A stretch of DNA of 64,000 nt from NCBI RefSeq assembly GCF_031769215.1, contig NW_026782264.1, positions 434,001-498,000 of the forward strand, written 5' to 3'. The notes below the pieces were generated by a model that did not search any database, had not been told where the DNA came from, and saw only the letters and a program-made list of their open reading frames with translations. The stretch is from Ylistrum balloti. Lineage: Eukaryota. Shown here piece by piece: positions 51,896-61,384 of the stretch. Every line of letters begins with the position of its first letter. Position 1 is the stretch's first letter. The position numbers and the translations under genes were made by a program.

Positions 51896-52070
51896 GATAT
51901 CAACCAATCAGAATGCCAGGACTGTTAGCTCTGACGTGTCTACCCCGCAGTAAATATAGATATCAACCAATGACAGAATGACAGGACTGTTAGCCCTGAC
52001 GTGTCTACCCCGCAGTAAACACAGATATCAACCAATGACAGAATGACAGGACTGTTAGCCCTGACGTGTC
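51896..52070. repeat. 63-65-bp tandem repeat x2.7 containing CCAAT and TGACGTG motifs
   Basis: GATATCAACCAAT(GA)CAGAATG.CAGGACTGTTAGC.CTGACGTGTC at 51896, 51959 and 52024. Confidence 0.9.
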
Positions 52071-53119
52071 GTCGTATTTTCGAGGAGAAGTCTAGCTGAA
52101 GTTAAAAAAACTAAGACATGCAATCCAGTCTACAGGAAGCTATCCTGTGAACAGCTGACAAATGTAAAACGATTCATCTTGTGGTCTATAGAGTTAAGTA
52201 TTATATCTGCGTGTTACGCTACCCTGAATGATGGCCTAGACTGAAGGTTGACACTCCGGGCAGGTCAGAACGTGGTTTTTCCTCCGGGAATAACAAATTG
52301 CTCCCAGGTTTACACAAAGTAATTAATTAAGGAAACATTTGCCATATTACGGTCCTTGTTTCTACTGGTCACACCTAATACTAGACAATCAGGCGATTAA
52401 TCACGGGGAATTAGGTTCTATGGTTATCTACAGATTGACCAATGCTGACCACAAATGTCCATAATACAGCCACCGTGACTATTGATCGGGAGTCTGTACA
52501 GCCACATCGTCAACTTGATCGTATTATTTCCTTCTGTACCAAAAGAAAATGGAATATTTCGTGTTAGTGTTCTGTAGAATGGATGACTCCTTCCTTTAGG
52601 CTGACTGTTGAGGTACAGTCGGCTTGTGAATTCAATCATATCTCGGTACTGTCTACCGGGATATTTTCGCCCAGATCGTTTTCGCTCTTGTACCATTATA
52701 CACTAATTCGCCCCATGTTCATTTCGCCCTCTAGGGATCATATCAAAGAGTCATATAAGCAACAATTTTTCGCTCTTGTCTTAAATTCTCCCTTCCTTTT
52801 CTAGAACGAGAAGAACGAAAATTAAATGGGGCGAAATGTCTAGGTATACAGTATCAAGGCATTAAAACTGCAGGAAAATTTTTATATGTCATTTCTTTTT
52901 CTATCAGATTAAACCTGATCCCTGATTTGAAATTCACAGTAACAGTGCACATGTCATACAAGTGTTAGGCATTGAAGTGCAATTGATTTTAACAGTGCAA
53001 GACAGATCATTAAAACATATTAGCTCACTTCGCTAAACCCGCAGTAAGATACATGTAAAATGCTATTTTTTGTTTGAATTATAAATATGTTTTATTCACG
53101 ACCAAACCGTTTTAAATAT

Positions 53120-53140
53120 TGCTTTATCTTTTTTTCCCAG
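53120..53140 (+). other. Splice acceptor of the RASL10 coding exon
   Basis: Polypyrimidine tract TTTATCTTTTTTTCCCAG ends at 53140, 17 nt before the start ATG. An in-frame TGA at 53143-53145 confirms 53158 as the start codon. Confidence 0.75.
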
Positions 53141-53157
53141 AATGACCACATGTAACC

Positions 53158-53793
53158 ATGACGACCTCTCATCTGACCATCGACTCGGACCAGCAGAAGA
53201 TAAAACTGGCTGTGTTGGGAGCACCGGGTGTAGGAAAGACTTCCATTGTCAAACAGTTCGTGTGCAACCACTTCGAGGAGGACTACGAGCCAACAGACCG
53301 GAAACACGTGTACCTTCCGTCTGTCATCATCAACGATCACCTATATGAATTAAAAATCATAGATTGCCCATACATTCCATACTTCCCAGTGAATTCTCTG
53401 TACGAATTTACGGACTTCCGGGGCTATGGCTTACGAAATGCCACGGCCTATATTTTAGTGTATGACGTCACTTCCGAGGATAGTTTCCAGTATATTAAAT
53501 CATTACGCGATCAGATTTTGGAAAGTCGCAATATGCATGACGTTCCACTTTTTGTTGTCGGAAACAAACATGATTTGTCAGATGAGCGTGGGAAGTTTCG
53601 ACGAGAGGTCGCAAATTTAGTAAAGAAACAATGGAAATGTGGCTACGTAGAATGTTCGGCAAAATTCAACTGGCATATCGTGTTACTGTTTAAGGAACTC
53701 ATGAAGGCCGTGGATTTCATCGATTATGGTCATAAGCCCACGGCTGTGAGAGTGCAGGATGCTCTGCGGCGAAACAGATGCGTCATTTTATGA
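53158..53793 (+). CDS. RASL10B: Ras-like protein family member 10 (RASL10A/B co-ortholog), prenylated small GTPase, 211 aa
   Basis: G1 GAPGVGKT, G2 Thr (YEPT), a RASL10-type divergent G3 (IIDCPYIPYFPVNSL; cf. human RASL10B ILDFPPISAFPVNTL), AYILVYD, G4 VGNKHD, G5 KCGYVECSAKFNWHI, and C-terminal ALRRNRCVIL CaaX (cf. ALRRNRCAIM). The reading frame is uninterrupted with a good start context. Confidence 0.96.
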   Translation: MTTSHLTIDSDQQKIKLAVLGAPGVGKTSIVKQFVCNHFEEDYEPTDRKHVYLPSVIINDHLYELKIIDCPYIPYFPVNSLYEFTDFRGYGLRNATAYILVYDVTSEDSFQYIKSLRDQILESRNMHDVPLFVVGNKHDLSDERGKFRREVANLVKKQWKCGYVECSAKFNWHIVLLFKELMKAVDFIDYGHKPTAVRVQDALRRNRCVIL

Positions 53794-53899
53794 GATTTTA
53801 CATAGGATAAATATACCAGTTTAAGATATTCAATCCCCTTTATTTTCAGCCTGTGCAAGTATAAATTGTCTTTTGCCTTTCAGCAGATGTTGTTAATAT

Positions 53900-53905
53900 A
53901 ATAAA
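53900..53905 (+). terminator. Candidate polyadenylation signal for RASL10
   Basis: First AATAAA after the stop codon, ~107 nt downstream. Further AATAAA motifs follow (e.g. ~54091), so usage is uncertain. Confidence 0.35.
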
Positions 53906-54319
53906 GACTGTTTAGCGCATAGCTGGGGAAGTACATATATATATTATCAAACGATAAAACACGACTTGCTGGCGACATGAAAGGCTGCGTGATAGCGAAA
54001 CATTTATACTGGAAATGTATCGTGTCTTTATCTATCATTGGATTTTTTTATGGTATGATCGTTTTTGTATGTAATGGAATCCGACATGAAAATAAAGGCG
54101 AGCATTAAAATAAGGTGTTTATTTAAGAAACCAGTTTATAGATATGCACGTACATTGATGTATAAGTTCACTATAAAGCCTATTGTCTGTACGAGACTAC
54201 CATCGGACACCTAGTCCGTCGTCCTTGTAACATCTTCAGTTGGTTTAGTTACCCTAGAAAAATATCAACATGCATCTGATTTTGAAAGTCCATTCAAGTA
54301 TGCTTCTAATTCTGCTTAA

Positions 54320-54452
54320 ACAACAACGACAACATCAACAACGACTACAACAACAACGTCTACAACAACGACTACAACGACGACGACGACGACAACACCA
54401 CCAACAACGTCGACAACAACAATAACAACAACGATGACGACAACAACAATGT
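54320..54452. repeat. Imperfect (AAC/GAC)n microsatellite
   Basis: Runs of CAACAACGAC are directly visible. Confidence 0.92.
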
Positions 54453-55872
54453 CTGAAATTTTATTATTATTATTATTGTCTTATTCCATAAAAGGTTATC
54501 AACGTTAATTGAAGGTATATAATATTAGAACATACCACCGTCTTGTTTATCACTAAATGTAAATGAAATCAATATTGAATTAAAACTAAAGGCTAAAAGG
54601 GTCTTTCAAATAAAATTTGAATAACATGTGTCAAATATCTCTTTAGAAACATCGAGATAAAAAACAAAATCAATTAATCATCCTGGAGAGATCGATATAA
54701 CGACAATTATCCATGTCGGACAGTCTTATGGCCTTATATATCTTTGTGGGACAGAATCTGGCTGTGACGTACTGGAATGACGTACAGCGATCTATTTATA
54801 TCTGTGAAGAAAATCAACTGGTACAAACATTCCTTAAGAAAGTATGAAATTATGTGGTAAATTGCAAGCAGACACAATAAAATCAACAAACACAACACTG
54901 TTGACAGTGACTCAATATTCCATGTTTAAACACATAATATGATTTCAATTTGCACTAAAGAATATAATTTCAATTTCAACAGAAACGTGGAGTAACACTA
55001 CTCTTAACATTACAAGTCCGGGAGTATGACAATAGCTGTAGCACAATACTCACCTTTCTGAGTACCAATTGCAGCAGTGTACATGAAAACAAATCTGTGA
55101 TCTTTCTTCCTTCCGATATTACCACAGAAGCTTCTATCGTACTTTTCAAATGACGTATTTGATCGGTCGATTTTATTTTTGGCCAATCAAATACTTCCTT
55201 TGAAAATTAAAATTGGTCCGATCCTATTCGGTTCTGCCGACAATAATAGCGACTGATTTGATTTAAATAAAGTTCTACACGAAAAGAAGTCTCTATCTAG
55301 AATTATTCACGAACTGAATAGAAGATTTGTAGTTTGTATACATAAATATGTTACTAAAAGTTATTTCAGCTGAAAGTGAACTAAACATGCTGACAGTGTT
55401 TTCATATGATACTAGTCTGATATGACGTGGATATCAGCGGACATACCTACAGAAATGTATATTGAGAAATCGTTGGTATTGTTTCGCTTTGAAAGTGAGC
55501 GGAAGGTGTCTATTGTAATGAAGCCATGGTTCCATAGCAGGTTATTTAGGTGTGATCGTTTTGGTACTAAAGTTTTATCTGAAATGTTATCTAGTGTATA
55601 TATCTCGGATACAATCAAGAACATAGACAGTGTTTGTGGGACCAGATGACCACACACCGTTACCTCGACTTCATCTTGAACTTCACTACTTTCCTGAACG
55701 TGCATTACTTTCTGATCTACAGAATATCATACATCGATACATCGATACATCATCGATACATCGATAAATACAACTGATTAAGACAAAGTATTGTTAAGTT
55801 ATATGAATTAATGACCACTATCAATATCCAAATATTACGGAAACTTAGCACTTTTATAACGAAACATGTTTA

Positions 55873-55965
55873 AACTATGTTCCTGGTTGTTTTAAAAACG
55901 AAACGTATTTAATCTCTGTTCCTGGTTGTTTTAAAACGAAATTTATTTAATCTCTGTTCCTGGTT
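55873..55965. repeat. ~39-bp tandem repeat x2.4
   Basis: TGTTCCTGGTTGTTTTAAAA(A)CGAAA..TATTTAATCTC repeated. Confidence 0.85.
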
Positions 55966-56702
55966 ATGAGCTCTCCATAATTACTGCACACAGGTTTCTC
56001 TATATAAAAGTAATTTGTAAAAGGGGAATGAATTGAATTTCACGTTCGGTCGGTTGAGAAATCGAATTCCGGAGGCTTAGAAAAAGCCAGACCACTTCAC
56101 CACAGTGTGTAAATAAGATACAGATGCTGAACCATGTACACACCAATAGACACACAAATAATACAATAGGATTCCAGTACAGTAGATCAAATACAAAAAC
56201 ATACGGTCAAAGTATTTCAAAACATAGGTAAACTTGTAACAGAAGCCGGAAGGTGACTTTCCATTAAGTTTGAATATTTTTTTGATTATGTTCACCTCCT
56301 CAGGATGACGTCATCTACAGACTACAACAAACTACAAGTTGTTAATCCATTCACAGTATTAACAGCATTAAGAAGAAAATAATCACCACAAATTGTAGCT
56401 ATTTTAAACTAATAATGGAAGCCGGAAGCTAATTAAATATGACATTGTAACCGTAAACGACCTGTCTAAGTAAACCAAACATAACACAGTGACATAAAGC
56501 ATTCCTCGACTCGGTGACAGATTGTAAACATCTCAGCGGAATTGAAGATTAATATCAGATATCAGAAAGCCCTGTAACACTACAAATTACAAGCAAAGCC
56601 CACATCGACCAGTGTAGCACAAAGACGCACAAGAGAATAACACCTTTAGATACACAGTTAAACTAAGATACCGAGAAAACTAGTGAGTTAGACTATGTTA
56701 TA

Positions 56703-57073
56703 TAATTGTTTCGTACTAGATCCTGTCAGTGATATTACATCATACAGGTGTTTTACTCATCAGTGATGCTACATCATACAGATGTTTCACTCGTCGGTGG
56801 TGCTACATCATACATATGTTTTACTCATCAGTGATGCTACATCATACAGGTGTTTCGTACTAGATCCTGTCAGTGATGCTACATCATACAACTGTTTCGT
56901 CCTTTTAGGTCTCGTCAGTGATGCTACATCATAAAACTGTTTCGCCCTTCAAGGACTCGTTAGTGATGCTACATCATACAACTGTTTCGTCCTTCTAGGA
57001 CTCGTCAGTGATGCTACATCATACAGCTGTTTCGTCCTTCTAGGACTCGTCAGTGATGCTACATCATACAGGT
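56703..57073 (-). ncRNA. Head-to-tail array of hammerhead units: four 45-bp units, 42-bp and 34-bp deletion variants, and partial end units
   Basis: 45-bp units start at 56882, 56927, 56972 and 57017; the last is the perfect consensus TAGCATCACTGACGAGTCCTAGAAGGACGAAACAGCTGTATGATG on the minus strand. A 42-bp unit starts at 56840, and 34-bp units start at 56738, 56772 and 56806. Confidence 0.93.
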
Positions 57074-57231
57074 GCACTTCTAGGTTCTGCACGGGGACAC
57101 CGGAAGATTTCATGAATTCAAAATAATGAATGGAAACAAAGGAAAATGTGAGCGTATCTTTACAGGAAACTGTTCAATAAATATCAGGCCTGGTAACAGG
57201 CCAAAGTAGTCGTCTTCTTCTATATGAATCG

Positions 57232-57478
57232 TACCCAACCGGATCAGACCTGGTGCTCTGAAAGGGTAACCGTCTTCTGCTGTATCGGTGATACACAAAT
57301 GGATCAGACCTTATGCTCTGAAAGGGTAACCGTCTTCTGCTTTATCGATGATACCCAACTGGATCAGACCTGGTGCTCTGAAAGGGTAACCGTCTTCTGC
57401 TTTATCGATGATACCCAACCGGATCAGACCTGGTGCTCTGAAAAGGTAACCGTCTTCTGCTGTATCGATAATACCCAA
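57232..57478 (-). repeat. 60-bp tandem repeat x4 derived from a PLE 3'UTR motif
   Basis: Minus strand GCAGAAGACGGTTACCCTTTCAGAGCACCAGGTCTGATCC matches GCAGAAGACGCTTACCCTTTCTGAACAC (38311) and CAGAAGACGCTTACTCTTCTGGAACATCCGGTC (47558). Confidence 0.85.
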
Positions 57479-58804
57479 GATATTGTTCAGAGATACATCA
57501 GCGATACCAGACGTTTCAATTTTACAACCACCTTTTATATATAAATTTAACTGGTTGTAAGTTTGATTTGCCTAACCATTTATCAGTACTGGTTTATATA
57601 TATTTGTGTAAATTTATATTGTCAGTTAAGTAATACTTTCTATCTGGGTGGTTAATATCTTTTTAGATTATCTCTAATCTCTATTGTAACTAAGTATATC
57701 TTTATCTCAACCTTAAAACCAATTGTACAATTTATATTCAGTTCTGTTCATATGATGTGTAATGATGTTTATGAACTGTAAATGTCACAGGGAGAGGATT
57801 AATATAAGCTTTGCCTGGTGCCCGTATTGTATTTTTATATGTGGAATAAAATTATTTTGAAAAAAATGATGTCAAATCTCCGTTCACAATCTGTAGATAC
57901 ATTTATATACATAGGCTTACTGGTGCCACTTTTTCGAACGAAAATTAAAAGAAATTATATTTCTACATATTCTTTAATTGTACTGAAGAGATAAAAAGTG
58001 TTTCCAGCTAACTCGTTCGTACGACTTAATTGTGTTTTTTTCGTTCTGAAAGTGACATGGACAAGCTTTCGTGAATTTCAACCACCTACACAAATTATCT
58101 TTAGGTCTATATGTGTCGGTTTACTAGCGACGTTTCCATGGTGAAGTCTATATTTATACACTGTATTCATGATTGATGTATTTTTCATCTCGACATCCAC
58201 TATTTAGACCACAATATCTACTCGTGCGCCTATAGTCTGAGCTTAAGGGGCTGATCAATATGACAGTAAAGCTCCCCTTGGACCACATAATTACCTCTTA
58301 CACTAAGAATTACACTTGATCTTTCCTAACATCATGTTGGTCACAAGAAGACAAGTTTATTTCCTCTTAAGGTAACAGTGGCCAGGACATTGTCCTGATA
58401 CAGAGATCCCTTGCCGTATATAGGACAATGATTGTATGGAGGAAAGTGCATCATTCCATTCAGTTAGAAATTAGTCATTCCCAAATTTGTTTCTCGGAAT
58501 AGTTCTAGGCGTATTGAAGAAATCTCAAAGCTTCCTTACCGTAATGAACCACAAATCTAGAGTTGGTTCCGTTGTTCTATTGAATTTGAGTTTGGATTGT
58601 GATTCTGTTCACATGATTGTAATTTTTGTTGTTCCAGTCTGTGAACAATATACGCATTAAGCCGTGTACAAACAGTGTTTCTCTTATCAATCAAGGCAAT
58701 GATATTACTACCGTATAAAAACCACCCTCACTCTTACATGAAATCCTCAAAACAAACTCTAAACAACACAAAGTTAGCATACAGAGACACAAGTTCCAAG
58801 GAGA

Positions 58805-58870
58805 CAATGTATTCCGGAAGGGTAGGCGTTTCCTGCTTCATCTACAACACCAATCGTGTCAATCTGGATT
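58805..58870 (-). mobile_element. PLE-type 3'UTR motif fragment
   Basis: Minus strand GATGAAGCAGGAAACGCCTACCCTTCCGGAATAC is related to the family motif CTTACTCTTCCGGAACAC. Confidence 0.5.
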
Positions 58871-59382
58871 AGCAAATACAAGAATTGACATTAGAACATT
58901 GCCTGACAATACACATTAATAAACAACCTTTTTCCTTTCAATGTAATTCTGTGGAATCCTTGTACCATTAGTGTATTAGTGGTAATGACAACAGGTCAGC
59001 AATATTGAACCAACTGTGACACGGTAGCATCGTGAGAAGCAGTAATGTTTGTTCTTACTTGAAATAAAAGCACAATAAAGGAAGGTAATTTGAAACCATT
59101 ACGTTTATTAAACTGATCATCACCTGATAAGAACATGTAAGAACATCAACATTACAGCGTATGTTGTTTGATTGATTTTCAAATTTTAGGGCTTATCCGA
59201 TTCACATGGTCTAATGATTTCTTGTCATTTGAAAACTAAATGATCGTCAGTATAGATAAGCTCGAAGTTTACAAATTGCACATTTACATCAGCAAAGTAT
59301 TTCTTGTAAACATGTTTAAAGTTCATCTTCTTGTAGAAGTTATTCTTATTCTTCGCCAGTGAAATGCGTTTCTGTAACAGGA

Positions 59383-59952
59383 GATCCCCGAGGAGTATTG
59401 ATGCCCACCGTGATAATCCTGATCCCCGAGGAGTATTGATGCCCACCGTGATAATCCTGATCCCCGAGGAGTATTGATGTCCACCGTGATAATCCTGATC
59501 CCCGAGGAGTATTGATGTCCACCGTGATAATCCTGATCCCCGAGGAGTATTGATGCCCACCGTGATAATCCTGATCCCCGAGGAGTATTGATGCCCACCG
59601 TGATAATCCTGATCTCCGAGGAGTATTGATGTCCACCGTGATAATCCTGATCTCCGAGGAGTATTGATGTCCACCGTGATAATCCTGATCCCCGAGGAGT
59701 ATTGATGCCCACCGAGATAATCCTGATCCCCGAGGAGTATTGATGCCCACCGTGATAATCCTGATCCCCGAGGAGTATTGATGCCCACCGTGATAATCCT
59801 GATCCCCGAGGAGTATTGATGCCCACCGTGATAATCCTGATCCCCGAGGAGTATTGATGTCCACCGTGATAATCCTGATCCCCGAGGAGTATTGATGCCC
59901 ACCGTGATAATCCTGATCCCCGAGGAGTATTGATGCCCACCGTGATAATCCT
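59383..59952. repeat. 38-bp minisatellite, 15 highly homogeneous copies
   Basis: Unit GATCCCCGAGGAGTATTGATGCCCACCGTGATAATCCT. Confidence 0.97.
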
Positions 59953-60062
59953 AACTGTTTCTACATCACTTGAATTCTTTTCGTTCTTTCCCTTTCTTTT
60001 CCATTGCTTGTTATTTTGTCAATCATTCCGAGATTTGTATTTAAACCCGTTTATAAATCGTG

Positions 60063-61246
60063 CACAACTAATGACCGAGAGGAACCTGGACATTATATTC
60101 GCGCACAACTAATGACCGAGAGGAACCTGGACATTAAATTCGCGCACAACTAATGACCAAGAGGAACCTGGACATTAAATTCGCGCATAACTAATGACCG
60201 AGAGGAACCTGAACATTAAATTCACGCACAACTAATGACCGAGAGGAACCTGGACATTAAATTCGCGAACAACTAATGACCGAGAGGAACCTGGACATTA
60301 AATTCGCGCACAACTAATGACCGAGAGGAACCTGAACATTAAATTCGTGCACAACTAATGACCGAGAGGAACCTGGACATTAAATTCGCGAACAACTAAT
60401 GACCGAGAGGAACCTGGACATTAAATTCGCGAACAACTAATGACCGAGAGGAACCTGGACATTAAATTCACGCACAACTAATGACCGAGAGGAACCTGAA
60501 CATTAAATTCGCGCACAACTAATGACCGAGAGGAACCTGGACATTAAATTCACGCACAACTAATGACCGAGAGGAACCTGAACATTAAATTCACGCACAA
60601 CTAATGACCGAGAGGAACCTGAACATTAAATTCGCGCACAACTAATGACCGAGAGGAACCTGAACATTAAATTCACGCACAACTAATGACCGAGAGGAAC
60701 CTGAACATTAAATTCACGCACAACTAATGACCGAGAGGAACCTGAACATTAAATTCGCGCACAACTAATGACCGAGAGGAACCTGAACATTAAATTCGTG
60801 CACAACTAATGACCGAGAGGAACATGGACATTAAATTCGCGAACAACTAATGACCGAGAGGAACCTGAACATTAAATTCGCGCACAACTAATGACCGAGA
60901 GGAACATGGACATTAAATTCGCGCACAACTAATGACCGAGAGGAACATGGACATTAAATTCGTGCACAACTAATGACCGAGAGGAACCTGAACATTAAAT
61001 TCGTGCACAACTAATGACCGAGAGGAACCTGAACATTAAATTCGTGCACAACTAATGACCGAGAGGAACATGGACATTAAATTCGCGAACAACTAATGAC
61101 CGAGAGGAACCTGAACATTAAATTCGCGCACAACTAATGACCGAGAGGAACATGGACATTAAATTCGCGCACAACTAATGACCGAGAGGAACCTGAACAT
61201 TAAATTCGCGCACAACTAATGACCGAGAGGAACCTGGACATTAAAT
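60063..61246. repeat. 41-bp minisatellite, ~29 copies
   Basis: Unit CACAACTAATGACCGAGAGGAACCTGGACATTAAATTCGCG. Confidence 0.97.
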
Positions 61247-61384
61247 TTGAGAATTAGTCTCAGAAGGAAGGCTGAAGGGAAATTAACAAACAAAATTTGA
61301 GATAAAATCGATCTGTTTCTTCTTAGGAAATACGTTTTGTGACCGTCGGGCAGATCAGGGACGAAGGTCGATTAGAACAGCGCA

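Noticed and set aside
59225-59940. Three overlapping 170-225-aa minus-strand ORFs
   Set aside because: The same peptide appears in all three frames because of the 38-bp unit; artefact.
60063-61246. Hammerhead-like CUAAUGA-CC-GAGA-GG-AAC in the 41-bp unit
   Set aside because: Every unit has A at G5, GAAA is incomplete, and no stem I or stem III pairing is possible.
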